From an uncultured Clostridia bacterium (GTDB taxonomy: Bacteria > Bacillota > Clostridia > TANB77 > CAG-465): a stretch of DNA of 64,000 nt. This document shows, piece after piece, positions 11,493 through 23,221 of the stretch. The notes beneath the pieces are model-generated. The model worked only from the letters and a program-made list of their open reading frames with translations, made no database searches and had not been told where the DNA came from. Where the stretch lies: the NCBI GenBank assembly GCA_944388575.1, contig CALXJF010000005.1:1495-65494 (forward strand), given 5' to 3'. Every line of letters begins with the position of its first letter. Position 1 is the stretch's first letter. The translations under genes were made by a program, and so were the position numbers.

Positions 11493-12098
11493 CTAATTTA
11501 AATATTCATTATAATTTTCTAGTTCAAAATATCTTTTTTCATTCTCTATAATTAGAGAATAAATACTAGCATTTCCTACTTTTATAGATTTTATTTTGTT
11601 TGACCATTCCATACCATTAATATATCTATATATTATATTTATAACTCCACTATGTGTAACTATCATAATATTGTCATATTTTTTATTTTCGCTTATTATA
11701 TCTTCAAAATCCTTAATTATTCTATCATGAAATTCTATTGGGCTTTCTCCTCCAGGATATCTTTCATCTAATCTTAATGTATTGTAATAAAGACCTGGAT
11801 ATTTTACTTCTACTTCTTCGTTTAGCATCCCTGCAATTTCACCATTATTCATCTCTCTTAATCTTTCTGTAAACTCTACTTCAACTTTTAATTTTTCATT
11901 TATAATATCAGTAGTTTGTTTTGTTCTTTCAAGATCACTTGATACAATTTTCTCAATCTTATAATTCTCTTGTTGCTTATCCAAAAAAAGTGCTAATTTT
12001 TCTACTTGTTTTTTACCTTCTTCTATTAAAGGCATTGTACTCCAGCCACCTCTATAATTTCCGTCATCTTTACCATGTCTTACAAAAAAAATTCTCAT
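11493..12098 (-). CDS. histidine phosphatase family protein (phosphoglycerate-mutase-like)
   Basis: RHG catalytic motif at the N-terminus (FFVRHGKDDGN). Confidence 0.8.
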   Translation of the reverse strand: MRIFFVRHGKDDGNYRGGWSTMPLIEEGKKQVEKLALFLDKQQENYKIEKIVSSDLERTKQTTDIINEKLKVEVEFTERLREMNNGEIAGMLNEEVEVKYPGLYYNTLRLDERYPGGESPIEFHDRIIKDFEDIISENKKYDNIMIVTHSGVINIIYRYINGMEWSNKIKSIKVGNASIYSLIIENEKRYFELENYNEYLN

Positions 12099-12112
12099 TT
12101 TTAATTCATCTC

Positions 12113-13312
12113 CTATAACAAATTTAATATATCCTCTTTATACCTTTTCAAATCTATGTTTATATCATTATTGACACTTACAATTATATTTACATCATTT
12201 TTTCTATTATATATTTCAATGTTAATTTTAAAGCCATTGCTCTCAATATGTTCAAAATCAATTGGTACTTGTCCAATAAAACTATCAGAAATATCATTAT
12301 ACGAAATTAATATATCATTATCATTTTTATTTTTTAATTTACTTTTATAATAAATATATTTTTGTACAGCATCTAATTCTAATTTATTAATACCACAAAT
12401 GGTAATATTATTTCCAAATTGTTTTTTTGTATTTAATATATAGTTTACATTATCTACAGAATATTGCTTTTTCAGCCCTTTTAAAATATAAAACTCTATT
12501 ACATTATTAAAATTTGTTTTAAAGCGATCTGCCTTCTCAGTTATTTTTTGTTTCGTTTCCAAATTTATGCATAAACTTAACAAATTAGAATTGGTTATTA
12601 ATTTTGTATCTACTAATTTAAAAGGAGTACTATTTATATTTTTTTCTAAAATTAAATTTACTAATTTAAAAAATGAAATTTCATCCATTCTAACATGTGG
12701 ATATTTAAATATAAAATATATATTTTCTTTATAACAAATAACTTTTAATTTTATTACTATTTCATTAATATCAATTATTTCATTTATACTTGTATTTATA
12801 ATTTCTTTTAACAATTTTTCATTATCAACATATAATTCTTCATATACAATCATATCTTCAAAAAAATCTGATTGAACTTTAAAATCTCTTCCAAATATAT
12901 ATTTGCAAAATAGTTTTTCTTTTTTCTTAATCTCCCTTTCATATGTTTTTCTTACATTTCCAAGTTCAATAGCAGTTTTATTTACTTTAAAAATATAACA
13001 ATCTTGAAAACAATTTAAATCAGGCTTTAAAAAATAAGTGTTTACCATCATTTTTTCCATTTCATTTATTTTTTTTATTTTTATATCACTTTCATCCAAA
13101 TTATACTTATTTAATAACGATTTTAGTCTTGTATCTTCAATAGTATCAATTGCATAAGTCTTTTCTTTATTCTTTATAATATTTTTTATTGTTTCAAATT
13201 TTATAATATCGTTTATAGAAAAATCACTCCATATTTTTTCCATTTCGATACTTATTTGTGTCATAGTAAGTGAATCAATAGAGTATGCATTTGGCAAATT
13301 CATAATTATCAT
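12113..13312 (-). CDS. hypothetical protein
   Basis: 399 aa Lys/Asn-rich ORF, no recognisable domain; upstream of the histidine phosphatase. Confidence 0.5.
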   Translation of the reverse strand: MIIMNLPNAYSIDSLTMTQISIEMEKIWSDFSINDIIKFETIKNIIKNKEKTYAIDTIEDTRLKSLLNKYNLDESDIKIKKINEMEKMMVNTYFLKPDLNCFQDCYIFKVNKTAIELGNVRKTYEREIKKKEKLFCKYIFGRDFKVQSDFFEDMIVYEELYVDNEKLLKEIINTSINEIIDINEIVIKLKVICYKENIYFIFKYPHVRMDEISFFKLVNLILEKNINSTPFKLVDTKLITNSNLLSLCINLETKQKITEKADRFKTNFNNVIEFYILKGLKKQYSVDNVNYILNTKKQFGNNITICGINKLELDAVQKYIYYKSKLKNKNDNDILISYNDISDSFIGQVPIDFEHIESNGFKINIEIYNRKNDVNIIVSVNNDINIDLKRYKEDILNLL

Positions 13313-13541
13313 CAGCGATTACAATTATTAATACATTCTGCAATTTTTATTCCCCTCTTCGAACTTCAATAGTTTGTACACTATTACTTTACAACTTTTT
13401 AAAGTTATTGTAAATACTTTTGTAAATTTTTGGTTAATTTTGAAAATAATATTAACGAATTTATTTGATAGACTGTACTCCATGAAATAATAATTAAATT
13501 CATTGTAAAATATTTTAGAAATATAATTATAAGGAGTCATT

Positions 13542-13799
13542 ATGAAATTTAATAAATTTGAAAATTCTTATAATATTATAGGAAATAAATTAAAATTAGT
13601 AAGAGAAAATCAAAACATATCACAAGAAAAACTAAGTAATCAACTAGCTTTACTCGGTATTACTTTGTATCAATCCGATATATTTAAAATAGAACATAAT
13701 CAAAGAACTGTAAGAGATTTTGAATTATGGGGTATTTACTCTGTTCTAAAAATAAAGGCTGAAGATTTATTTGAGCCTGATATTAAAAAAAGCAATTAG
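13542..13799 (+). CDS. XRE-family helix-turn-helix transcriptional regulator
   Basis: 85 aa; HTH_3-like (LVRENQNISQEKLSNQLALLGITLYQSDIFKIEHNQR). Confidence 0.75.
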   Translation: MKFNKFENSYNIIGNKLKLVRENQNISQEKLSNQLALLGITLYQSDIFKIEHNQRTVRDFELWGIYSVLKIKAEDLFEPDIKKSN

Positions 13800-14041
13800 T
13801 TGCTTTTTATTTTTTTACGTTAAACCCCTGAAATCTCTGGAGTTGAAGATTAGTGTATTATCCCTTTGTATCAAAAAAAATAATACACTATAAATTAAAC
13901 CCCTAATCCCTCTCACATCATTACAATGCTGTCAACTTAAGAAAATTAGATTACTTTTAGTTTAACATAATCTTGAGTTAGTAGCATTTTTTATTTTTTA
14001 ACGCAAAAATCCCCTTACCCCAAAACATAATTTGATTTAGT

Positions 14042-14548
14042 TTACATCTTATTTCTGATGTTAATTCTATATTTATTTCTTCTGCTTGTGTATGGTTTTC
14101 TAACATTACTTCTGTTAGGTTTTATTGCTATTAAATTTTTTTCTGCCTTTTCTATAATTATATTATATAACTTCTCTTGTTCATTTCCATCTTCTGTAAA
14201 CATTACTGCTATCAGTATATTTTTTAGCCATCCAGCTAGTATATTTATATTCACTTTATATTTGTATTTTAAATTTTTATTAAGATACTTTTCTTGTATT
14301 CTTATTGTATTTGTATTCTTTATATCTTGCAATACATTAAATGTATATATTTGTGCATAAAAATCTTTCTCTATTGTTATTTTCGTTTTCCCTGTAAAAT
14401 TTTCTAAATGTAATTTATTTTTTAATATGTCATAGCCTATTTCTATTTGCCATCTTTTAAAATATATTTCTTTTGGTTTTATTATATCTTCTGATATATT
14501 GGTCATCAAATATTCTATTTCTCCTGTATCTAATATTATTTTTGACAT
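14042..14548 (-). pseudogene. truncated IS4-family transposase (C-terminal DDE fragment only)
   Basis: YxxRxxxExxxxxxK signature (YFKRWQIEIGYDILK); no N-terminal portion upstream; degenerate repeats at 13820-14020. Confidence 0.65.
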
Positions 14549-14727
14549 TCTTTCTTTTAATGTTTTATATTATATTTTTTAATTTGCATATTGTATTTTT
14601 GTTTTCTATTTTATAATAATAATTTCTTGTCTTAATTTTAAATCATTTTTTTGTTTAATATTTTTTAATATTTTTTTTAAATCTACACAAAATATAACTA
14701 TAGTATAATTTTAAAAGGAGATTATTT

Positions 14728-15477
14728 ATGAAAAAAGAATCAAATGGAGAAAAAATAGTTTTAACTATTGTAATTATAATAATTATTAGTACAGTAGCTT
14801 ATGTAATATACACTGTATTTTCATCAAATAAAGCTTTTTATACAAATGAAAATACAGATAATAACTCTTCAACAGAAAATAATTTAAATAATACACAAAA
14901 TTCAAATGATCAAAATAATACAACTACAAATAATAATCAAAAGGATCAAAATGATATAGATAATATGAATGTAGATATTGACAAAATTACAGATAACTCA
15001 AACACTAAACAAACTATAGAAACAGAAATTGGTAATTTTACATCTACCCTTTATGATAAAGATGAAAATAGAGTATATAATATAGGGTTAGCTATATCTA
15101 AACTTAATGGTACTACTGTAAAAAATGGTGAAGAATTTTCTTTCAATAATACAATTGGTCCTATGGACGAATCGCATGGATATAAAGAAGCAATTGGTTT
15201 TGATACAAATGGAAATAAAATAAAAATATCTGGAGGAGGAATATGTCAAATTAGTAGCACCTTATATAATGCTGTATTAATGGCAAATTTAGAGGTAACA
15301 GAAAGACATCCACATAGTAGAAGAGTATATTATGTTCCCAAAGATAAAGATGCTACAATATATTATGGCTCTTTAAATTTCAAGTTTAGAAATAATTCAG
15401 GATCAGATGTAAGAATTGACGCATCTAATACTAATACGGATGTTACCATAAAACTTATAAAACTAGAAAATAAATAA
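14728..15477 (+). CDS. VanW-family protein
   Basis: N-terminal TM, GGGICQISSTLYNA motif typical of VanW. Confidence 0.8.
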   Translation: MKKESNGEKIVLTIVIIIIISTVAYVIYTVFSSNKAFYTNENTDNNSSTENNLNNTQNSNDQNNTTTNNNQKDQNDIDNMNVDIDKITDNSNTKQTIETEIGNFTSTLYDKDENRVYNIGLAISKLNGTTVKNGEEFSFNNTIGPMDESHGYKEAIGFDTNGNKIKISGGGICQISSTLYNAVLMANLEVTERHPHSRRVYYVPKDKDATIYYGSLNFKFRNNSGSDVRIDASNTNTDVTIKLIKLENK

Positions 15478-15562
15478 TTTTTGATTTTTATGTAAATATA
15501 TTGTATAATATTTTATGTAAATTATTTTATAATACTTTTTAATAAAAGATGGAGGATTTAAT

Positions 15563-16198
15563 ATGAAAAATGTATTTAATTTTATGAAAAAACGGTTAAG
15601 TGAAAATTATACTACTGAACAAATAGAAGACTTAACATTATTTACTAAAGGAAATAATGTAGTGGCTATTCTAACAAAAGACGTAATAAATCTTTTTCTT
15701 AGCAATCACGACAACATTCACGACAACATTAATTCTGAAATATTTATCTTAACAATAACTAAAGATTTTAAAAGAGTCGAAAATACAGACGTTAAAATAA
15801 TAGACGCCATTACTATAACTAAACTTAGATTTCCTTTTAACTTTTTTGTAAATGATAATAACAAGATAATATCAAAAGATTTTATACTTCCAAATGGAAA
15901 AGATATTTCAACTATAGGCTTTGTTATTATCAAAAAAGCAGTTTTAGAAGTTTATTTTCATAATGATAATTTTAGGTTTATGTTCAAATTATATTGTGAA
16001 AAATTTGATAAAACCAAAATAAGTATACACTATCTCGAAGAAAAAAATCATATGCACTTGAGCCAAACGATCCTATATATCCACAGTGCTTTGAAAAATA
16101 TGAGAATAGGAACCGCTTTTATGAAAAAAATGATCACCCCGAAAAAATTAGACATTATTTGGTTAATTACCATAATATGTCTAAAGGGTTTTATATAA
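15563..16198 (+). CDS. hypothetical protein (weak GNAT-like C-terminal motif)
   Basis: 211 aa ORF; ...NMRIGTAFMKKM resembles acetyltransferase motif A; weak. Confidence 0.4.
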   Translation: MKNVFNFMKKRLSENYTTEQIEDLTLFTKGNNVVAILTKDVINLFLSNHDNIHDNINSEIFILTITKDFKRVENTDVKIIDAITITKLRFPFNFFVNDNNKIISKDFILPNGKDISTIGFVIIKKAVLEVYFHNDNFRFMFKLYCEKFDKTKISIHYLEEKNHMHLSQTILYIHSALKNMRIGTAFMKKMITPKKLDIIWLITIICLKGFI

Positions 16199-16232
16199 AG
16201 CTATGGGCTTAAACGCCTATAGCTTTATTGAT

Positions 16233-17148
16233 TTATACATTTTCTGTTAAAACAGGTATAATTTGTTTTTTACGTGACACAATACCAGGTAAAAATGCTG
16301 TATTGTTTTCTAATTTTACATTATACGCCTTTTCTACTAATTCAGTATTACCAAATACAATTGCTTGAGAATTACTATTTATAATATCAGTTATTGCAAA
16401 GAAAAATAAATCTAAATTCTTTTCAACAATTTTATTTTTTATTGCCTCTTCTATTTCCAATTTTCTTTCCATCATATCTGGTATACATGCAGTATTGACT
16501 TGAGCTACTATTGTTTTACAATTTCCAATCTCAAATTCTTTCGCATCTAAATTTATTAATTCTTCTGCTGTAAAATCTGAAAGATCAGTACCTGCTTTTA
16601 ACATCTCTAAGCCATACTCCTCAATGTTTATATTAGCTATCTTATTAAGTTCTTGTGCAACATCTTTATCTTCTTGTGTACATGTTGGTGATTTAAATAA
16701 TAAAGTATCAGATATTATTGCAGACAACATAAGTACAGCTATTTTTTTATCTATTTCAAAGTTATTTTGCTTGTACATTTTATATAATACTGTTGCAGTA
16801 CATCCGTACTGGTTCAGCATGATAAAAAATAGGATAACTTACTTTAAAATCCATTGTATGATGATCTACAACTTTTACAATTTCAGCATTCTCTCTATTT
16901 TCCACACTTTGCTTTTCCTCATTATGGTCTACTAATATAACTTTTTGTCCATCTTCTACCTTTTCAATATATTTTGGTTCCTCTATTCCTAAATAATTAA
17001 ATACAAATTTAGTCTCCTTATTTAATTTACCAAGTACACAAGCTTCGGCCTTATTTCCTAATTTTTTTTCAAACTCTGCCATAACTATAGCAGATGTAAC
17101 ACTATCTGTATCAGGACTCTTATGTCCAAAAACTAAAATATTTTCCAT
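16233..17148 (-). CDS. ppaC: manganese-dependent inorganic pyrophosphatase, interrupted by a +1 frameshift at about 16804-16806
   Basis: DHH N-part ends ...YHAEPV-R...stop; DHHA2 C-part resumes GCTATVLYKMY; removing the C in gta-c-gga restores the conserved AEPVGCTAT. Confidence 0.85.
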
Positions 17149-17161
17149 TTTTCTATCTCCT

Positions 17162-17761
17162 TTACCATAACTTTTCTTCTTGCTTTGCAATCATTCTTTG
17201 AATATTTGCTCTGTGTTTAAACATAACAATTAATGATATGACTATTATTGGAAAAATATAATTTGGCATCATAACAATTGTCATTATAACATATAAAGCA
17301 AGACCACTTAATGTTCCCATAGCAACAGTTCTTGTAACAAGTATAACAATTCCACCAGCTATTATACAAACAAGTGCTATTTTTTTATCCAAAATAACTG
17401 CAGTTGTTATACCTACAATAACACCTTTTCCACCCTTAAATCCATAATATAATGGAAAGCAATGTCCAACTATTGTAGCAACTATAAATACTGATTTTAA
17501 AGTAACATTTACATCCATATTAAAAAAATTGCCAACATTTGTAACTATAAAGTAACTAAAAAATACTTTTCCTATATCAAGTAAAACAACAATTGTTCCA
17601 AGAGGTTTTCCAAGTACTCTCATAGCATTTGCAGTACCAGCATTACCACTTCCAAGTTTTCTAATATCTTCACCTGTTTTTCTTTTACATATTTCAATTG
17701 CTGGATTTATACTACAAATAAGATAAGTTATCAAAAAAATAACTATTTTATAAAAAGTCAT
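17162..17761 (-). CDS. plsY: glycerol-3-phosphate acyltransferase PlsY
   Basis: GSGNAGTANAMRVLG motif, multi-TM. Confidence 0.92.
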   Translation of the reverse strand: MTFYKIVIFLITYLICSINPAIEICKRKTGEDIRKLGSGNAGTANAMRVLGKPLGTIVVLLDIGKVFFSYFIVTNVGNFFNMDVNVTLKSVFIVATIVGHCFPLYYGFKGGKGVIVGITTAVILDKKIALVCIIAGGIVILVTRTVAMGTLSGLALYVIMTIVMMPNYIFPIIVISLIVMFKHRANIQRMIAKQEEKLW

Positions 17762-17770
17762 AAATTACAC

Positions 17771-19093
17771 CTACTTTTCCTTTCTTTCTCTTACTATCAT
17801 ATGTGTTGGTGTTCCTCTAAAATTAAATTGTTTTCTTAAATGATTTTCAATATATCTTAAATATGAAAAATGCATTAATTCTTTAGAGTTTACAAATACA
17901 ACAAATGTTGGAGGTCTGATACTTACCTGTGTCATATAGTAAACCTTGAGTCTCTTTCCTTTATCAGAAGGTGGTTGAGTTATTGCTATGGCTTCAGATA
18001 ACATATCATTTAAAAGTCCAGTTGGTACTCTAAATCTGTTATTTTTATCTACTTCATTTATTAATTCATAAAGCTTGTTAACTCTTTGACCGGTATATGC
18101 AGATATAAACAAAATTGGAGCATAACTTAAATATGCTAATTTCTCATATACTCTTTTTTTATAATTCTCTAAAGTATGTGTTTCTTTTTCTACTAAATCC
18201 CATTTATTTATTACAATAATAATACCTTTTCCTGCTTCATGTGCAATTCCAGCAATTTTTTCATCTTGTTCAGTTACACCTTCAGTTGCATCTATAAGTA
18301 AAAGACATATATTTGCACGTTCTATAGCAGCTTTTGCTTTTATAACAGAATATTTTTCTAATTTATCATACACTTTATTTTTTCTTCTAATTCCAGCAGT
18401 GTCTATAAATATATAATCCCCATACTTATTTTTAAAATGTGAATCAATAGCATCTCTTGTTGTACCTGCAATATCTGATACAATTACTCTTTCCTCATTT
18501 AATATTTTATTGACTAAAGAAGATTTACCAACATTAGGTTTTCCAATTATAGCCACTTTTATAGTATCTTCATCTTCAATTTCAGTTTCTATATTGTCAA
18601 AATTATCATAAATTGCATCTAATACTTCTCCAATTCCAAGTTTTTTTCCTGCTGAAATCGCATATGGTTCTCCTAATCCCAAACTATAGAACTCATATAT
18701 TTCAGGAGGTGGTTCTCCCACTCTATCACATTTATTACAAACTAATACCACAGGCTTTTTTGTGCGTCTTAGAATTTGAGCAACTTCCTCATCAGACTGC
18801 GTAACACCTGCTTTTACATCAGTTAAGAATACTATAACATCAGCTATATCCATCGCTAGCTCAGCTTGCCTTCTCATTTGCTTTAATATAATATCATCTG
18901 AAACTGGTTCTATACCGCCTGTATCAATTATTTGAAAACTAGTTCCTCTCCACTCACAATCAGCATATATTCGATCTCTTGTAACTCCAGGTGTGTCTTT
19001 AATAATTGCAATTTTTTCACCAGCTAAAACATTAAACAATGTAGATTTTCCAACATTTGGTCTTCCCACTATTGCTACTACTTTTTTAGGCAT
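17771..19093 (-). CDS. der: ribosome-associated GTPase Der (EngA)
   Basis: two GTPase domains (GRPNVGKS, GKPNVGKS) plus KH-like C-terminus. Confidence 0.95.
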   Translation of the reverse strand: MPKKVVAIVGRPNVGKSTLFNVLAGEKIAIIKDTPGVTRDRIYADCEWRGTSFQIIDTGGIEPVSDDIILKQMRRQAELAMDIADVIVFLTDVKAGVTQSDEEVAQILRRTKKPVVLVCNKCDRVGEPPPEIYEFYSLGLGEPYAISAGKKLGIGEVLDAIYDNFDNIETEIEDEDTIKVAIIGKPNVGKSSLVNKILNEERVIVSDIAGTTRDAIDSHFKNKYGDYIFIDTAGIRRKNKVYDKLEKYSVIKAKAAIERANICLLLIDATEGVTEQDEKIAGIAHEAGKGIIIVINKWDLVEKETHTLENYKKRVYEKLAYLSYAPILFISAYTGQRVNKLYELINEVDKNNRFRVPTGLLNDMLSEAIAITQPPSDKGKRLKVYYMTQVSIRPPTFVVFVNSKELMHFSYLRYIENHLRKQFNFRGTPTHMIVRERKEK

Positions 19094-19170
19094 TTCTTCC
19101 CTCCTTAAGTCAATTTAATAAACATAACAAGTATATTGTATCATTTTTTATTATAAAAGTCAAAAATTAT

Positions 19171-19404
19171 CTATTTCTTTTTTATATTGTCTAAAACTTC
19201 TCTATCTTTTTTAGTTAAATTCATATTTTTATTATTATATACTCTACTTATAGAATTAAGTATTAATGTTAAAATGAGTAATACTAAACAAATCCCTACA
19301 TTTTTCTTAGCAATTATAACATAAATACAAGTACCTACTGTTATTATTGCTAAAACAAGTGTTATATAGTTAAAAAATTTCTGCATAGCAAACATTACTA
19401 TCAC
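19171..19404 (-). CDS. small two-TM membrane protein
   Basis: 77 aa ORF, two hydrophobic helices. Confidence 0.4.
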   Translation of the reverse strand: MIVMFAMQKFFNYITLVLAIITVGTCIYVIIAKKNVGICLVLLILTLILNSISRVYNNKNMNLTKKDREVLDNIKKK

Positions 19405-19610
19405 CTCTTTATATAACTATTATAATAATTATTATATCATCATAAACTAAATTAATCAAGAAAATAACAAATATAAGAAATTTCAAATATAGAGTTGACA
19501 TATTAAATATATAGTGATATAATAAGCTTGAATTTAAATTTTAATGTCTTTTTATTATGAAGATACAGATTAATAATTTAGTTTATATAATAAGCAAATA
19601 GTATTAAAAT

Positions 19611-20030
19611 GTGGAGGATCAAAAAATGGCAATAGTAATGACAGAAAGAGAATTAAGAATATTAAAAGAAGAAAAAGAAAGGTTGGAACGAAGGAAAAAC
19701 TATTCTCATATGATAAACTATGGTATTGGTGCTTACAATAACGACCTTAGTTTGTCAGAATACAAACAAATCACTGAAGAAATCGAAAATATTGAGCGAA
19801 AAATAAAGGATGCTGTTATAATACCATCAATAAAAATCGGCACAAAATTCGTTGTTGAAAGAAATGGTGAAAGATTAAATATGAAAATAACAGTTAATCC
19901 CGTAGATATTCCAGAAACAATTTGCTGTACATGCGACAGTCTAGTGGGAAGTTGTTTGTTATATAAGACTGTTAATGATGTAGTTATAATAAACGAAATA
20001 ACTTACAAAGTTATTTCTATAGAAGAATAA
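19611..20030 (+). CDS. GreA/GreB-like protein (coiled-coil N-terminus plus FKBP-like C-domain), divergent
   Basis: N-terminal charged coiled coil followed by IKIGTKFVVE...MKITV...YKVISIE resembling the GreA C-terminal domain. Confidence 0.45.
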   Translation: MEDQKMAIVMTERELRILKEEKERLERRKNYSHMINYGIGAYNNDLSLSEYKQITEEIENIERKIKDAVIIPSIKIGTKFVVERNGERLNMKITVNPVDIPETICCTCDSLVGSCLLYKTVNDVVIINEITYKVISIEE

Positions 20031-20158
20031 ATATTAATTAATCTCTATTTGCTTATTTATTTTCAAGGGATAATTAACTATAATTATCCCTTTCTCTAAT
20101 TCTATTAAAATAATTAAATAAATAAGATGTGAATTTAAAACTCACATCTTATTTAATT

Positions 20159-21010
20159 TTAAACTATTTTTTTTATATTTTGATTATCATCTCCAAATTC
20201 AATTGGAAAATTATTCGGATTACTTAAAAATTCTTCCCAGTCTTTTTTACAAGAAAGTCTATCATTAACCATGAAATATGGAAAAGATAAACCCTCTATG
20301 TATTCTTCATTCCATGATCCGTCTAATCTTGGGATTAATCTTTGATTATCATCCAAGAAAAAATCATTTAATGAACAAAGAACATGTCTTCTCCACTTTT
20401 GATCAAATTTCATTTTCTCATATATTACAAAATCGCCAAATTCCGTATGCTTATTTCTTTTTAAGATTATTATATTAGAAAGTTCTTTATTTTTTTCCTT
20501 AGGTAATTCATCACTAAATTTCTCTGAAATATCACTTGAAACAAATTCATAATACTCACAATTTTTACTATCTCCAGATATTATTGAAAAAGTATCGTTA
20601 TCTGCCTTTAAATAAGATGAATTTAATGTGGCAAGCACTACATAATCATTATTCTTTATAGGCTGTAACTCTGGTTTTTTCATTACCATATTATTTTTTA
20701 AAATATGAATTCCAAAAGGATTATAATCATATAGATTTTCTTCATCATATACGATTGCAGCAACAGTGTATTGCTTTGCATATTTCGGAAAAACAGATTT
20801 TATAAATTGAGAATCTTTACTTTGATATTCACATTCTTTGACTGCAAGAAATGCATCTTTCGTATAAAAATTTTTTAATTTACTTAACGGTCCCTGTTTT
20901 GATACATACCTTAGTATAAGGTTACCATTTTTATTAATAGTAACAATAAATAATGTTACTATTAAATCAATAGTTTGAGTATCAACAAGATATAGCAAAT
21001 TTTTCATCAT
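20159..21010 (-). CDS. hypothetical protein
   Basis: 283 aa ORF, no recognised domain. Confidence 0.45.
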   Translation of the reverse strand: MMKNLLYLVDTQTIDLIVTLFIVTINKNGNLILRYVSKQGPLSKLKNFYTKDAFLAVKECEYQSKDSQFIKSVFPKYAKQYTVAAIVYDEENLYDYNPFGIHILKNNMVMKKPELQPIKNNDYVVLATLNSSYLKADNDTFSIISGDSKNCEYYEFVSSDISEKFSDELPKEKNKELSNIIILKRNKHTEFGDFVIYEKMKFDQKWRRHVLCSLNDFFLDDNQRLIPRLDGSWNEEYIEGLSFPYFMVNDRLSCKKDWEEFLSNPNNFPIEFGDDNQNIKKIV

Positions 21011-21154
21011 AAATCAATCATTCCTTTCTTATTAAAGTTGTTTTATCATTTACTTAAGTTTAAGTTTATTTTAAATTTTTTTAACCGCTAGTAATTATAG
21101 CATTATTTTAAATTTATGTCAAGTCACTCCAGCTATATTTTATTTATAATTTAA

Positions 21155-23221
21155 TTATTCTTCCTGAATTATATTTTTGCTTCCAAAATATGTTGCTAAA
21201 AAATATGCTCCATAAATTACAACCATAAATATTACTGTTAATACAATTGATGGAATTAACTCTTCAGGCTTAGTCTGCATAGACATTACTGAAAGTGCAA
21301 ATTTTATTCCAAATATAGAATGTAAAATAGCTAGTACTAATGGAATAATAAAAAATATACCTATTTGTACAAATAAAGATTTATTAATCATCTTCTCATC
21401 TACACCGATTTTTCTTAATATAGAATATCTTTGTTTATTATCAGAACTTTCTGTTAACTCTTTTAATGCAAGGATTGCACTACTTGCAATTAAAAATATT
21501 ATTCCAAGATATATGGCAATGAATATTACTATTGTAGTAACTCCAACACTTGCCTCTACAAGTGATATCTTTGTCATACCATCTAATTCAATTTTCATAT
21601 CAACACATTTTTTACCAAACCCTGACTCTGTATCTGTCAACATATATTCAATTTTTTCTTTTTCATCATCACTATTTGCATTATAATTTGCAACAAGTAA
21701 CGCTTGTTCTTTCATATCATCAGTTAACTTACAACTATCTGGTACTAATATAATGCCTGTATTTGTATGACTTGTTGACATTAACACAAAACCACTTTTA
21801 CATTCATTATATTTTGATTTATACTCTTCACCACTAATTTTTATAGTATCATTTCCCTCTTTTAAAGCTTTATTTCTTATATTAAGCATACTATCAAAAT
21901 CACATAAAAGTATATATTCATTATCATCTAATTGATACTCATCTATTCCATATAGTCTTGCAATTCTATTATAATCAGATACTTTAATTATTGTTTCTGC
22001 TGTTTCATATCTTAACATAGGGAATTGTTTTTTTACATCTTCTAGAACATTATTTAAAGTATCATTTAATGTTAATTCATTTGTTGCATAAATATATATT
22101 TCCTCTATATCTTTTAGATTATTTATATCAAAATCAAATGACTTTAAAGTTTCAGATATAGGCAATTTAGAATCTTCTATTTGTAAACTCGTATATTCTC
22201 CATTATCTGGTAAATTAGCAGTTTTATATAAATTTACATCTACTGGTGTCATTTCTTCTAAATCTTGAGTCATTGAATTTTTTAGTGATAAAGAAGATGA
22301 TAGTACAGTTATTGTCATAAATAACATTATACATATTATTGTCATACTAATTACTGTTGTATTAATTTTATTATTTATTTGTCTTAAAATAAACATATTA
22401 GTATTTTTTAAATAAATTTTCTTACAAGACTGTACTAGTTTTAATATAAAACCTGATAATGAGTAAAATATAAAAAATGTCGCTATAATGCCCATTACTA
22501 TTACTTTAAATATCTCTTTTCCTGTCGATAAAGTATTTATACCTCCTGTAACTTTATAATAAGCAAACGAAAGTAGCAAAGAAGCTAATATAAATATTAT
22601 TATTGAAATAACAGGATTTTTTATTTTTACTTTTTCATTCTTTTTAACTGCAGTTAACAAATCTATTAATTTATATCTTGATATTGCAAGAGTATTAAAT
22701 AGCATAACTAGCAAATACATAATGGAATAATAAATACAAGTTTTTATACAGGCTGTACTTGAAAAAGTAAATTGATATCTACTCATATTAGCGTTAAACA
22801 TTTTAGCTATCACTATAGACATAAATTGTGAACCAAATACACCAATAACAAGTCCCACTCCTAAAGATATTATACCTATTAGTATTGTTTCAATCAAAAG
22901 TATAGATGAAATTTTTCTCTTTCCCATTCCAAGTGTCATATAGATTCCAAATTCTTTTTTTCTTCTTCTTATTAAAAAGTTACTAGCATATACAATTAAA
23001 AAACCTAATATTATTGAAACAAATACAGAAACATATGATAACATATCTAACATAAGATCAATAAGTTCAGAGGTTGATTTAGATACATCAAGCATTGCTT
23101 TTTGACTATCAAGTGAATTAAATATATAAAAAATAGCAACACCTAGTACCAATGTTATAAAATAAATAGTATAATCTTTAAAACTTTTTTTCATATTTTT
23201 TATAGATAACTTAAATAACAT
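21155..23221 (-). CDS. ABC transporter permease, FtsX/MacB-type (BceB-like), 10 TM with a large extracellular loop
   Basis: 688 aa with the typical BceB topology; directly downstream of the ATPase. Confidence 0.85.
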   Translation of the reverse strand: MLFKLSIKNMKKSFKDYTIYFITLVLGVAIFYIFNSLDSQKAMLDVSKSTSELIDLMLDMLSYVSVFVSIILGFLIVYASNFLIRRRKKEFGIYMTLGMGKRKISSILLIETILIGIISLGVGLVIGVFGSQFMSIVIAKMFNANMSRYQFTFSSTACIKTCIYYSIMYLLVMLFNTLAISRYKLIDLLTAVKKNEKVKIKNPVISIIIFILASLLLSFAYYKVTGGINTLSTGKEIFKVIVMGIIATFFIFYSLSGFILKLVQSCKKIYLKNTNMFILRQINNKINTTVISMTIICIMLFMTITVLSSSLSLKNSMTQDLEEMTPVDVNLYKTANLPDNGEYTSLQIEDSKLPISETLKSFDFDINNLKDIEEIYIYATNELTLNDTLNNVLEDVKKQFPMLRYETAETIIKVSDYNRIARLYGIDEYQLDDNEYILLCDFDSMLNIRNKALKEGNDTIKISGEEYKSKYNECKSGFVLMSTSHTNTGIILVPDSCKLTDDMKEQALLVANYNANSDDEKEKIEYMLTDTESGFGKKCVDMKIELDGMTKISLVEASVGVTTIVIFIAIYLGIIFLIASSAILALKELTESSDNKQRYSILRKIGVDEKMINKSLFVQIGIFFIIPLVLAILHSIFGIKFALSVMSMQTKPEELIPSIVLTVIFMVVIYGAYFLATYFGSKNIIQEE

